In this document: positions 1 to 9,658 of the stretch, one piece after another | Layout of the letters: every line of letters begins with the position of its first letter | How positions within the stretch are numbered: position 1 is the first letter of the stretch | From: a virus | Lineage: Duplodnaviria > Caudoviricetes | Direction: 5' to 3' (one strand) | Virus record (IMG/VR): IMGVR_UViG_3300042325_000241 | Coordinates: 1-51,271 of that record | Length of the DNA stretch: 51,271 bases | Notes under the pieces: model-generated | Seen by the model: only the letters and a program-made list of their open reading frames with translations | The model's database searches: none | What the model was told of the DNA's origin: nothing | Translations under genes and position numbers: made by a program

Positions 1-230
1 TGTTGATTGTGATGCACTGCGTAGTACCGAGTGTGGGAAGAGGTAGTCCACTGAAATAGGGTCGATGGTGATCTGCTCATCCTTGTAGCCTAGCTTTTTG
101 AATATGGTTTTGAACAGTGTTTCCCAAGAGGAGCATGAGGGTAGTTGGAAGTCCCCGGTGGTGAAGTTTCTCCAGAAATACCGTGCATCGACTAGGGGTA
201 AAACCCAAATACCACTCAAATGGCTGTAAG
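1..230. repeat. Terminal direct repeat copy 1 (circular assembly overlap, imperfect)
   Basis: Matches 51042-51271 at 221/230 nt; 1-51 and 104-230 (127 bp) are identical. Confidence 0.95.
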
Positions 231-657
231 GAATTCGTGCTACATTTTCTGACATACCTGAGGGCACCCTACGCTGTTGAAACAGGGGCCTAGGTGGTAA
301 CATCCACAACTTAGCCTGGAGGGGTTTGTCACCTTCTACTAGGTCTAGGTTCTTAGCCTCGTATCGGTGCATATAGTTCACCGTGGAGCGTAAACCGCCC
401 ACGGTGTCCTCTGCATCATTTGCACCCGTAATATCATACTTGGGGAGCTTCTCCAGGAAGTCCGAACTAACTAGGAAGAAACCTGCACCAAACCTAGATG
501 CACCCGTAGGCCAGTACAGTTGCCCCAGTTGCAATTTGCTGTAGTGGGGTATTTCCTTGAAGTAGTCTTCAGGTAAAAACATACCATCAGTTTTTGCGTA
601 CTGGAGTACATCTTCGCTGGGGTGCAACAGTGGCGTTCCATCGTAGTAGGCTTGCAT
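1..657 (-). CDS. 5' part of a junction-spanning virion protein (tail hub/baseplate-like), about 867 aa in total
   Basis: Manual translation is open from ATG 657 (TAATG overlap with the upstream stop): MQAYYDGTPLLHPSEDV...LGQLYWPTGASRFG...WMLPPRPL...SGIWVLPLVDARY; in frame with 49095-51260. Confidence 0.85.
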   Translation of the reverse strand, partial: MQAYYDGTPLLHPSEDVLQYAKTDGMFLPEDYFKEIPHYSKLQLGQLYWPTGASRFGAGFFLVSSDFLEKLPKYDITGANDAEDTVGGLRSTVNYMHRYEAKNLDLVEGDKPLQAKLWMLPPRPLFQQRRVPSGMSENVARIPYSHLSGIWVLPLVDARYFWRNFTTGDFQLPSCSSWETLFKTIFKKLGYKDEQITIDPISVDYLFPHSVLRSASQST

Positions 658-2021
658 TAGGCTATTAAGCTATCCAATACGGTTGGGGTTGTAGAGTAGG
701 GTAGGGTGATGCCCTTTGCTGCGGTGGAGAACAGCCTATCAAACAACACTTGGAAGGTGTTATTGGTGTAGGTGCCTGAGCCATTGTCTAAAGTTTTTGT
801 GAGGGAAATGTTGACACGGTTACCTTTGTAAATAGGCTCTGAGTCTAGACCCAATAAGGAGATATAAGGTCCACCCGTGTATAATTGAGACATTTCAGAC
901 AGTACAAGACGGTTTAACTCAACGGTTACACCGTCTTGGTCTGTTCCGTTGCACATCACTCTAAGAAACACGGTGCTAGGTGTTTTAGAACCAACCACAA
1001 AGGTTGCATCAACATCCTGGTACACACCTAGGTTCCCTGCGGTTATGGAGTTGAATAGCTTACTCTTGGCTAGGTAGGCGTTGGAGTTATCTACCATGGT
1101 GTTCCCTGCGGAGTCCACTAGGTCCACGGTGATAGAACCACTGGATACTACGGTAGCGGAGTTGAGTTTAAACCTGAAGTGCAGGTGGTAGACCTTTTTT
1201 GCACTGATTGCGGATGCTGCACTTTGCTGGATGCGGATGTTAGACTTGTTCTGAAACTTCACGCCATTGGCAGATATCAGGTAATGGGTGCCAGGTGTGC
1301 CATAGGTGGCCACAGCATCCCAGTTAGACGGTATGGTGGGTGTTGCTGCGTCAAACAGGTCAAAGTTCCCATTGGTGACCGAGTTACCTTCAGAAGCACT
1401 AGCATTCATGTTCACCCTGGATACATTGATTGCAGAACCTGAACCTGCTGGGTAGTCGTACCCAAACGCACCGTTAGCCTTCTCCTTAGCAATTACATTG
1501 AATGTTTCATTCCCTGCACCTGCACCACCCGTGTAGGAGTCAGCACTAACCTCTAGCCTAAGGTTTTCTGCAAGTGTGTGCTGGTTAACACCACCGTCAG
1601 CGTTCACCATGGCAACATTCACGATGTTTAAATTGGAGTCATCTGAGACAGAGGCTACGGTGGTTAATAGGCGTTGTACCGTGATGTTATTGAGGTACAT
1701 CTGGGAAACTAGCTCTTGGAGACAGTCTGTAACCGTTGCGGGTATTAGTGGGTCGTGTGAGGTCACTGCGTCTATAAGCACACTCTCTGCAACATCGATA
1801 AACACATTAGGTACTAGGTTGCTTACAGTGCTAATTTGGCTATCAATAGCAGGGATATAACCCAGTACGATTTTAGTTTTTCCATTGGATGTGAACCTTG
1901 TGACAAGTGCGGGGGATTTTACATTTACCAGTGATTTCTGGAAGTCGTTGATGCTACTTACAAAACCCCCAATAAGGCCCAGCTTGGTGAATAAACCGTA
2001 GTTCCCTGTGAAATCTATCAT
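657..2021 (-). CDS. Putative tail/virion structural protein (beta-rich, possible carbohydrate-binding-like domain)
   Basis: 454 aa from ATG 2021 with RBS AAGGGG; NGNFD...PSNW motif; tail operon position. Confidence 0.65.
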   Translation of the reverse strand: MIDFTGNYGLFTKLGLIGGFVSSINDFQKSLVNVKSPALVTRFTSNGKTKIVLGYIPAIDSQISTVSNLVPNVFIDVAESVLIDAVTSHDPLIPATVTDCLQELVSQMYLNNITVQRLLTTVASVSDDSNLNIVNVAMVNADGGVNQHTLAENLRLEVSADSYTGGAGAGNETFNVIAKEKANGAFGYDYPAGSGSAINVSRVNMNASASEGNSVTNGNFDLFDAATPTIPSNWDAVATYGTPGTHYLISANGVKFQNKSNIRIQQSAASAISAKKVYHLHFRFKLNSATVVSSGSITVDLVDSAGNTMVDNSNAYLAKSKLFNSITAGNLGVYQDVDATFVVGSKTPSTVFLRVMCNGTDQDGVTVELNRLVLSEMSQLYTGGPYISLLGLDSEPIYKGNRVNISLTKTLDNGSGTYTNNTFQVLFDRLFSTAAKGITLPYSTTPTVLDSLIA

Positions 2022-2031
2022 GTGTTTCCCC

Positions 2032-2571
2032 TTATGCTGTAGGTATTGTTGAGTACTCCATACCACCCATCCAGTCATAGATAAAAGAGGTCCAGTCCTC
2101 TGTGTTCTCCCCATTGAGGGAGGAAGTGTGCGCGAAGCTGTCACTTCCGTCAAATGGTCCCCTAGGGTAGAAAAACCGCTTAGATTTAAGACTATAAATA
2201 TCTGAATATTCTAACATGTAAACGGCTGAACCGCTACAAGAATATTCAGTAGTTGAGGTGCTTATTGAAACCTCAGGCGCGTCCATGGTTATGGTGTGGT
2301 TCAGTAGTATTCTCTTATTAAGCGATGTGTACTGGCTAAGGAAGGATGGGATATCGGGTGGCTTGTTTCTGCGTGAGAATGCAAAGACTAGGGTTTCTGT
2401 AGCTGTGGAGCCTAGTTCAAATATCTTAGAGCTAGACTGTAGGCCTAAAACAGAAGATTGAATAATATTATTGGTCGTACTGTAGGAGATAGATAGCCGT
2501 GCGGAGATGTAGGGGAACCTAACATGTCCAAGGGAGACTAGTACTTTTCGTACATCTGTGTTATCACTCAT
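2032..2571 (-). CDS. Hypothetical tail-region protein
   Basis: ORF coupled to its neighbours; likely start ATG 2571. Confidence 0.65.
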   Translation of the reverse strand: MSDNTDVRKVLVSLGHVRFPYISARLSISYSTTNNIIQSSVLGLQSSSKIFELGSTATETLVFAFSRRNKPPDIPSFLSQYTSLNKRILLNHTITMDAPEVSISTSTTEYSCSGSAVYMLEYSDIYSLKSKRFFYPRGPFDGSDSFAHTSSLNGENTEDWTSFIYDWMGGMEYSTIPTA

Positions 2572-3109
2572 CGTATTGTTCCTCAATTTTGCGTAATAGT
2601 TCGGTTAGATGGAGTCCAGGCATGAACTGTGGGTCATGGTAACCACCGCTCATTAGCTTGTTAATAGCTAGCATCCAGAAGCTTGTTCCACCTAAAGCTG
2701 TAGAACGGTTACCCTGTGCAACTACATCGGATGTTTTGTACAGCTTGTACCAAGTGTTGTAGGACTCGAACCCGGTTTGCATTACATCGTCTTGCACTAG
2801 GTCCTGCTCGATCCAATACTCCCTAGGCTTCTTAGTTTTATCCCATGGGAAGTTTTTAAATATGAAGTTTGAAACCTGCGAATTTAGGATCTTATCAAAC
2901 TGTCTTTTACCCGCTGCACTCAACTCTGAACGCTTAGAGGTTTGCACCGTAGGTATGTCGTTTTTATGGTCTACTTGGAATAGGGGTTTCGGCTTGGGTA
3001 TCGGGGCCTCCCTGTAAAAGCGGATGCTTTTTCTAGGGTAGTCCCCGTTCTCAATATGCATGAAACCCTTTAGATTATTTTTTATTCTGACATAGTAGGG
3101 AGGGAGCAT
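2564..3109 (-). CDS. Hypothetical tail-region protein
   Basis: 181 aa, RBS AGGAG upstream. Confidence 0.65.
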   Translation of the reverse strand: MLPPYYVRIKNNLKGFMHIENGDYPRKSIRFYREAPIPKPKPLFQVDHKNDIPTVQTSKRSELSAAGKRQFDKILNSQVSNFIFKNFPWDKTKKPREYWIEQDLVQDDVMQTGFESYNTWYKLYKTSDVVAQGNRSTALGGTSFWMLAINKLMSGGYHDPQFMPGLHLTELLRKIEEQYDE

Positions 3110-3112
3110 TGT

Positions 3113-4720
3113 TTATTCTCCTAGGTGTTTTTCTGCTAGATTTGGATTTGGGCCATCCTGGTAATATTCGTGAGTGTTTTGGTGTGGGTCCATGGGGTAC
3201 TCTTTGGAGTCGGACCGTATACCCTCAACAAAGATCTGTTCCATGAATGAACCGCGCATCTGGTCTAGGTTTGTCCTAGCGGAGATGTGCGGGAAATCTG
3301 GATCTATTAGAATTGGGTTGATTTGCCCTTGGATGTAGGTCTTATGACAAACACCTTCAATAGACTCATCCACTATACCCATCGCATTTAAATCTGCAAA
3401 AAAGCTAGTGTTTCGCAATCGGTTCAGATTAAACTTGTCCCCTGATATTAGGACGGAGGCATCTAAAAACTTATTGTGTATTGCGTTGTTCTTCTGTTGA
3501 CCTGTTGCATAGGAGGAAAGTCCAGCAACTACGGTATTAGATGTAGTACCTCCTAAATTTACATCTAGGGGGCTACTTAGCCTACTTACTTGGATTCTGG
3601 CATAACTCCCCATAGAGTCGACCTCTAGCTTAAACTCGTACTTTCCTGCTGATCTGGAGTACGGTAGCTTCTTCTGCACAATGTAGTAGATCAGGTACTC
3701 TAGTTCGTGTTTATCAGAGAGGTTGTTTCCATAGACTTGGATATTAAGAGTTTCCACATTTACAGGTACGGTTGCACCAGCAACAGCAAACCCAAGTCCA
3801 GCTTTACCCGTTGTAGTGGGTTTGCCACCGTTATCTTTTTTATCTTTGGCGTACTCTTGAGCATTTGAGAATGCAGATTGTGCTACAGAGTAGGGTGTAG
3901 GACTCATGTTGGAAACACCCTGAGTTATCTCAAGGCGTGTGATGTTTTTCATGTTAGGTAAGAACACATCCCCTAGCATGGTCTTCTTGTCGTTAATTGA
4001 GCGTGTGTCTAAATGGAAGTGTGTCTCCCTATCTAGGAAGGAGTACTCCATTTTCATAGAACCTGGGTGAAGCCTACACTTGACTAGATCCCGCTTCATG
4101 GTTGGTGGTGTGGGGATATTGATTAGCTCTCTAAAATCGTCAGGTGATAGGTTCTCATTTAGCATCACATCGGTTCTAAAGTGGATCAGTCCTGAGACTT
4201 TTCGCGCAGTGTAATAGTCTTGGTCAATGATATGTTCCATGGTGTAACTGTTAGAGAGCACCGGGTACTTAGGTGCTCCAAACAGGTGTGATTCATTTAC
4301 ATCCGTGGAGATGGTGAAGGATACCTGGATACTGTTAATACCGTTAACTTTGTGGATGGTGTACCCTTTAGGTTTAGGCCCGTTGGTACAGTCCACTGGC
4401 GAATACACATCAGGTCTTTCTAATTCAGGGCTTTGCAATAGCACCGTATTACCTACCACATACTTTAAACCTTGGCGGGGTTGTGTTAGGAAGTGTTTAA
4501 TGATGACATCGACCTCGATGGCATCATCTGCAACTTTAAAGGTTTTAAGGTTTACCTCGTTGTCTTGTGCAATCACACCCTCAATACTCAGTGTGTGCCT
4601 AGTGTAGAGGTAGTGTGTTTGCTCTTTATCTGCGTACATAGGCTCGCGCTTGTACTCTTTTACATGCACTAAGTTAATTTTAATTGGACCGTATTCTAGA
4701 TAATTTGCAGAGTTACTCAT
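3113..4720 (-). CDS. Putative tail/baseplate structural protein
   Basis: 535 aa, TAATG coupling, beta-rich pattern, tail operon. Confidence 0.6.
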   Translation of the reverse strand: MSNSANYLEYGPIKINLVHVKEYKREPMYADKEQTHYLYTRHTLSIEGVIAQDNEVNLKTFKVADDAIEVDVIIKHFLTQPRQGLKYVVGNTVLLQSPELERPDVYSPVDCTNGPKPKGYTIHKVNGINSIQVSFTISTDVNESHLFGAPKYPVLSNSYTMEHIIDQDYYTARKVSGLIHFRTDVMLNENLSPDDFRELINIPTPPTMKRDLVKCRLHPGSMKMEYSFLDRETHFHLDTRSINDKKTMLGDVFLPNMKNITRLEITQGVSNMSPTPYSVAQSAFSNAQEYAKDKKDNGGKPTTTGKAGLGFAVAGATVPVNVETLNIQVYGNNLSDKHELEYLIYYIVQKKLPYSRSAGKYEFKLEVDSMGSYARIQVSRLSSPLDVNLGGTTSNTVVAGLSSYATGQQKNNAIHNKFLDASVLISGDKFNLNRLRNTSFFADLNAMGIVDESIEGVCHKTYIQGQINPILIDPDFPHISARTNLDQMRGSFMEQIFVEGIRSDSKEYPMDPHQNTHEYYQDGPNPNLAEKHLGE

Positions 4721-5247
4721 TATGCAACATCCATTATGTATTTGACTTCAAAGTTTAAAAAGCTTCTAGCCATCTGGCGTTGGGCACTCTTATCCGAGTC
4801 TTCCTTGTTGTAATGTGCAATCTCACCCCATGCGCTGTTAGGCTCACTCAATCGCATAGGCTCAATAGAAATTGTGTCCCCTGCTGTGTTAGTCAAGAAC
4901 TTTAGGTGCAAACACTTTAGTATCTGCTCCTCTCGTAGAAGGTGACCAAACACCGGGTCTAGTAGTAGGCGTTCATCCGAGTCACTACGATCAACACCTA
5001 GCCTAGTGCGTATTACTATGGTAACGGTGCGTAGGACTACACTTGCGTTGCGTCCCGCACCCGATACAAAATCTTCCACTGGGAATGGGAGGTTAGCCTT
5101 GATCAGGATGTCAAAGTCTCCTGAGAAAACAGGTAGGTCCTCCCTAGCCACTATTTTTACAACGGTGTCGTTGGTGATGTTTAGGCTGGTTTTAATAGCT
5201 GTTTTAATGGACTTCAGGATATCTGCCACAGGGGACTTAACTTGCAT
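4720..5247 (-). CDS. Putative tail terminator/completion-like protein
   Basis: 175 aa; helix-strands-helix-terminal strand pattern similar to gpU-like proteins; context. Confidence 0.4.
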   Translation of the reverse strand: MQVKSPVADILKSIKTAIKTSLNITNDTVVKIVAREDLPVFSGDFDILIKANLPFPVEDFVSGAGRNASVVLRTVTIVIRTRLGVDRSDSDERLLLDPVFGHLLREEQILKCLHLKFLTNTAGDTISIEPMRLSEPNSAWGEIAHYNKEDSDKSAQRQMARSFLNFEVKYIMDVA

Positions 5248-7779
5248 TTAAAACCCCAGTTCGGTGTAGTAGTTAATCTCTAGGTGCGTCTTTTCAAAGC
5301 TTGGTGCACTGTGTGTGGGAATACCCGTGATCATACTAGGGAAGGATTGCACATTCCCTTGGGGCATCATTAGTGCGGGTATGTTCTGTGGTGAAGTAGG
5401 TTTAGGTTCTTTTTCCCCAGTCTCAACCTTTTTAGGAGGTGGTTCCTCGACTTGCTTTAGTTTAGTTTGAGTTTCTGTTTCAGTCTCTGTGTGAGGACCT
5501 TCTGACTTCTTATTCTCTGTTTCGGTCTTGCTAGTGGTATCTTCTTTAGGCTTAGGTTCTGGTTTAGGAATAGGGTCTGGTACTGGCACAGGCGGTACTG
5601 GTTCTGGTACTGGATCTACCCTTCTATCAGGTACTGTAGGTTTAGGGTGTACCCTTCTTGCAGGTTTAGGTGTTGTTGGTATGGTTGGTACAAATGGATT
5701 GGGTTCACTAGGTTCTGGTTCTTTAAATGGGTTTGGAACCTTTGGGGTCGGTTTATAACGGTTAGGGTTTGTTGGTGGAGGCTTTCTATGAGGGTTGGGA
5801 ACTGGTGGAACTTTAACCGGATCTGGTAGTGGTTTAGGCTCAACAGGTTTAGGTTCTTTTTCCTTGTCTTCTTTTTCCTTCCGCTCTTTTCTTTCCTTCT
5901 TCTCTTTCTTTATGCGTTCGTATGCATCTTTTTTAGGATTAGGAGCAGGTTCTACTGGAGTAGGTTTAACTGGAGTAGGTTCTACTGGGTCTACTGGTTT
6001 AGGTGGTACTTTAGCAGGTGGTGTTTTAACAGGGGGTGGATCTTTTTTTAACCACTTGTGCACTTGGGTTAGGAAGCTAGCTGCTGCAATTGCCCCACCT
6101 ATTGGACCGGGTCCACCTCGCATACCTCCAGGTGCTTCACCACCCATAATTAGCCCAGGTGCAGTTTTAGGTTCCCAATTTGGTCCATTACCTGCACGGT
6201 GTGAGTCATGGGACTCTTGGTTTACTCTAGAGTTTTGCCCCTTTATTGCATTCTTAAATATCTCTTGTGCAGGATTATCATCACCTATTAGGTTCTCACG
6301 CTCATCTAGTTTTTGTAGGTCTTCGTCCCTACCAGCTTCCAACTTAGCAATGTCTTCTTTACTCCAGTGGCTACCACCCATCTCCTCTGAGTCTTTTTCC
6401 TGTTGTTGTCTAATAGTTTTGTTAGCCTTGTCACGCAGTTCTGGGTTAGGGCTATAACCACCTAGTTTCATTAGCTGCTTGTGCAGATAGCTAGGCATTG
6501 CGCGTTGCGCTACTTCATTTTTAGAGTAGCCTTCTGCTTGGTGCATATCACCAGATGGTTTTGGGAACATTGGTTCCTTAGATGCCCTGTGCTCTTGAAC
6601 CACCTGAGCAGGTGTCTTAGGGGCTTCTACTTCTGTAGGACTAGGGCTAGGGGAAGGGCTAGGTGTATTCTCTGCGGACTCCTCAGCTTTAACCTGCTCT
6701 TTGGTTTTAACCACCTCCCCAGGTGTTAGCATGGCTAATTTTGAGTCCGTGTTCCCAAACCCAGGTACTTTTCCACCATCGTTCATCATTAGTGGTTTTG
6801 GCCCATCATCAGCCTTAACCACATTGTTTGAAACCTCAGTTAAGTATCTTTCAAAACTTTCAGGAGATGGGCTATTAGGATCTTTCTTATGATTAATTTT
6901 TAATTGATCTATTACACCTTGGAATCCTTGGACTTGAATAGGTGGTTTTTTTTGAGAACTCCCCCACTTCAACAAGGTTTTAGCATCCCCCTCAAAAGTC
7001 TTTCCCGTATCCCGGTAATAAGCTGACTTTAGGCCAGCTATGTGTGCTCCTACTTCAATAGGGTTTGAGTAGTAGTTGCTGCCTTCTGATTGTCTGTTAT
7101 CTGGGCTATTTTTTTGTAGTGACGCAGGGCCTTCAGATACTTGCCCTTCTTGAGATGTTACATTTTGTAATCCGTGGAAAAGTTCGTGTTGTAAAAGGTG
7201 GGGAACTTTGGCTACAGCGGGTTCCACAAAAACACCTGTGCCATCCCCAGGGGCAAATCCACCTACTTGTGAGTTTTTGTTACTCCCGTCTGTTACCGTT
7301 ATATTCTGACTTTCTGTTAGTTTTCTGAAGTTTGGCATGTGTCTGTAGAAGCGATCCCATATTCGCATATCTGCGCTAGGATTTTTCTTTGTTTCGTTCA
7401 TACTTATCTGTGCTTTGTTAAGCTTACCTTGCATTTCTTCCACAGGCATATTTTGGTAGGCGTTCTGAAGTGCTGTTGCATAGCTAGATGTCCCTGTTGA
7501 TCGCACATTGCCAATATCAAAATTCGGATTCCGTGTAATATTTTCGTTGTATTTTCGTCTTTGATAATTGAACATGTCCTCAGTTGCTTGCTTTTTTGCA
7601 CCGTCCACCGTTTTAAAATCTTTTGATTCTGGCGGGTATGGCACAACATCTGATGGGTATGTATGTTCACTTTTTTCCCCTTGTGTAGGGGGCGCAGGGC
7701 TAGATGGAACATTTAAGCCTAGGGGATTATCCCTAGGCTTATTGTGATCAATCGGAGTCAATTTAAAGGGTTCAGGCAT
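5248..7779 (-). CDS. Large Pro/Lys-rich virion protein with an HExxH metallopeptidase-like domain and a tape-measure-associated motif
   Basis: 843 aa from ATG 7779 (RBS GAGG); LLQHELFHGLQ...YYSNPIEVGAH; GGKVPGFGNTDSKLAMLTPGEVV; long PxP repeats. Confidence 0.6.
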   Translation of the reverse strand: MPEPFKLTPIDHNKPRDNPLGLNVPSSPAPPTQGEKSEHTYPSDVVPYPPESKDFKTVDGAKKQATEDMFNYQRRKYNENITRNPNFDIGNVRSTGTSSYATALQNAYQNMPVEEMQGKLNKAQISMNETKKNPSADMRIWDRFYRHMPNFRKLTESQNITVTDGSNKNSQVGGFAPGDGTGVFVEPAVAKVPHLLQHELFHGLQNVTSQEGQVSEGPASLQKNSPDNRQSEGSNYYSNPIEVGAHIAGLKSAYYRDTGKTFEGDAKTLLKWGSSQKKPPIQVQGFQGVIDQLKINHKKDPNSPSPESFERYLTEVSNNVVKADDGPKPLMMNDGGKVPGFGNTDSKLAMLTPGEVVKTKEQVKAEESAENTPSPSPSPSPTEVEAPKTPAQVVQEHRASKEPMFPKPSGDMHQAEGYSKNEVAQRAMPSYLHKQLMKLGGYSPNPELRDKANKTIRQQQEKDSEEMGGSHWSKEDIAKLEAGRDEDLQKLDERENLIGDDNPAQEIFKNAIKGQNSRVNQESHDSHRAGNGPNWEPKTAPGLIMGGEAPGGMRGGPGPIGGAIAAASFLTQVHKWLKKDPPPVKTPPAKVPPKPVDPVEPTPVKPTPVEPAPNPKKDAYERIKKEKKERKERKEKEDKEKEPKPVEPKPLPDPVKVPPVPNPHRKPPPTNPNRYKPTPKVPNPFKEPEPSEPNPFVPTIPTTPKPARRVHPKPTVPDRRVDPVPEPVPPVPVPDPIPKPEPKPKEDTTSKTETENKKSEGPHTETETETQTKLKQVEEPPPKKVETGEKEPKPTSPQNIPALMMPQGNVQSFPSMITGIPTHSAPSFEKTHLEINYYTELGF

Positions 7780-7789
7780 GACATACCTC

Positions 7790-8482
7790 TTAATCAAAAG
7801 CTGGTAGTGCTGAGAAGTCGAACACGGTTGGGTCTGTGGAGTACAGGCGCAACACATAATCACCTAGCAACATACCCGCATTTGCACCACCCACCCCGGT
7901 AGCTCCAGGCTTCACCACACTAGCGTGTGCCTCAATACCCAGTGCAACCTTTTTGTTGTTGGTTCCTAGTGAACCATTTCCACCTGAGCTAGACTTTGCG
8001 CCCTGTGCATAGGAGAAGCTGCTAGGGAACACGGATGGGAAGAAGTAACCCTTGGGGATCAGTGGATCTATTGGGGTTGCGGTCATTCCAAATTCAAACA
8101 TTAAGGCTAGCCAATAACCTGAGTTAGCTACAGAGGAGTGCGAGTACTCAGAGAGTGAACCAATCTGACCACTGTCTGTAATACCAGGCTGATGTGCCAA
8201 ACCATGTCGTTTTGCCCTAGAGTTAGCATTCCCAACAAAGTTGAGTACATTAGCATCGTTGAACCTACTCAACAGGATATTCAGCTTAGAGGACATACCC
8301 TTGAAGATTAGGTCTATGGGTGCACTACCTGCAATGTCGTTGTTAATGTCACCCCACTTAAACTCTGTTTCAAAGTCTGGAGACTTCTCACAGGTGCCTA
8401 GGTAGAGGCCTTCTGCGGGTAGACTGAGTTTGTGCCCAACATACACATGCGCTGGTCCTGTTACATGAATTTTAGCTGGCAT
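7790..8482 (-). CDS. Tail-tube-like protein, paralog B
   Basis: TGPAHVYVG...YLGTCEKSP...INNDIAG; follows the head-tail adaptor. Confidence 0.55.
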   Translation of the reverse strand: MPAKIHVTGPAHVYVGHKLSLPAEGLYLGTCEKSPDFETEFKWGDINNDIAGSAPIDLIFKGMSSKLNILLSRFNDANVLNFVGNANSRAKRHGLAHQPGITDSGQIGSLSEYSHSSVANSGYWLALMFEFGMTATPIDPLIPKGYFFPSVFPSSFSYAQGAKSSSGGNGSLGTNNKKVALGIEAHASVVKPGATGVGGANAGMLLGDYVLRLYSTDPTVFDFSALPAFD

Positions 8483-8484
8483 AG

Positions 8485-9132
8485 TTAGTTCACCTTTGCT
8501 TTAAGGATGGAGGATACGACCTTGATATGTTTGTACAATTCAAACTCACGGATAGCTATTGGCCCCAATGTTCCATTAGAGTCCGCATTAGTGGTACTCA
8601 TGTACATTTTGGGGATACACTTGAACTCAATTTCCAAGGTACGCGCCCTTGTTCCCATCTCTGAAAGGTTTTCCTTAACAGGTACCACAGAGTTAAAGTG
8701 AATACCTTCTGGGTGGGAGGTTGTGCTAGTTGGTGCCGTACTAGACGCTACGAATCCTTGGTGGAAGGGGAAGTAGAACAAGACATCAAAGTCGAACTGC
8801 ATACCCTGTGCAAGTGCTCCCATCTGCCCACGGGTGATTTCACCACGGTTTAAACCACTACCGTACAAACCTACTGCAATCTTTGCATATACCGACTCAT
8901 CATATCTGTTGAGCATTGTTTTGATAGAACCTATCTGACCTTGGTGCGCGAAGGATATCGGGGTATCACCACCGATATCATTAAGCACATCCTCCTTTAG
9001 TGTTTCAATAGAGATCTCAGGACTTTTTTGACATGTTCCCAAGTACTCCAAAGAATCTAAGGAAGCTAGTAAATCGGGTTCAATCCTACCAATGAAAATA
9101 TGGGCTGGTCCCGTTGTTAGTATCTGTGCCAT
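8485..9132 (-). CDS. Tail-tube-like protein, paralog A
   Basis: TGPAHIFIG...YLGTCQKSP...VLNDIGG; 215 aa. Confidence 0.55.
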   Translation of the reverse strand: MAQILTTGPAHIFIGRIEPDLLASLDSLEYLGTCQKSPEISIETLKEDVLNDIGGDTPISFAHQGQIGSIKTMLNRYDESVYAKIAVGLYGSGLNRGEITRGQMGALAQGMQFDFDVLFYFPFHQGFVASSTAPTSTTSHPEGIHFNSVVPVKENLSEMGTRARTLEIEFKCIPKMYMSTTNADSNGTLGPIAIREFELYKHIKVVSSILKAKVN

Positions 9133-9133
9133 G

Positions 9134-9658
9134 TTAACTCCTTGGGTTAAATAGTTCGTTCGCTGTTGACTGGCGCATACCGAAGTATCTGTCTAGTTCG
9201 TTGGAGAACAGTGATATCTTTCGGCTAACCTGCGCTTGTTGTGGAAGTAAAGCCTGTTCATTTTTCTCAATGTCAAAAACACGATCACCGTTTCTAAACT
9301 GCTCTAGCGCAGCTTCTGATTCTTTTGCCCTAGATGTCATTGCGTCTAAGTCAGCACCACCGTACCCTCTGCGTGATATCAGTAGCCCGTACGCTATGTC
9401 ACAACAAATTCTGTTGAGGTAGGCCTTAGAGTCTGGTGCCATGTCTCGTAGGTCGGCAAGTAGATATCTCTCACCTGCAAGGATTGCACAATTGATCATA
9501 CCCGAAGCGTCAGAAAGGGCGGTCTGTACGACCACCCCCGCTAAACCATTTCCAGTTAGTTCGGCCTCCGTAGCCCGTTGATCAGTGTCTAGCACTAGAT
9601 CCCCAATTCTACGGAGGTCATACCTAGCCAGTAAATCAAGCACCGTTGCGTGTGCCAT
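9134..9658 (-). CDS. Head-tail adaptor, Mu gp36/DUF1320-like
   Basis: HATVLDLLARY...ALSDASGMIN...RY...LNRICCDIAYGLL; directly after the capsid gene. Confidence 0.8.
   Translation of the reverse strand: MAHATVLDLLARYDLRRIGDLVLDTDQRATEAELTGNGLAGVVVQTALSDASGMINCAILAGERYLLADLRDMAPDSKAYLNRICCDIAYGLLISRRGYGGADLDAMTSRAKESEAALEQFRNGDRVFDIEKNEQALLPQQAQVSRKISLFSNELDRYFGMRQSTANELFNPRS

Noticed and set aside
1-230. Diversity-generating retroelement template/variable repeat pair
   Set aside because: Mismatches are not confined to adenines in either copy, four are synonymous, and no reverse transcriptase is present
5528-6457. Long plus-strand Gly-rich ORFs
   Set aside because: Antisense shadows of the Pro/Lys-rich minus-strand gene
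7780-7863. Cys-rich N-terminal extension of the 871-aa ORF, or a tail-chaperone frameshift
   Set aside because: It overlaps the upstream gene; the RBS supports ATG 7779; no chaperone-like gene or convincing slippery site
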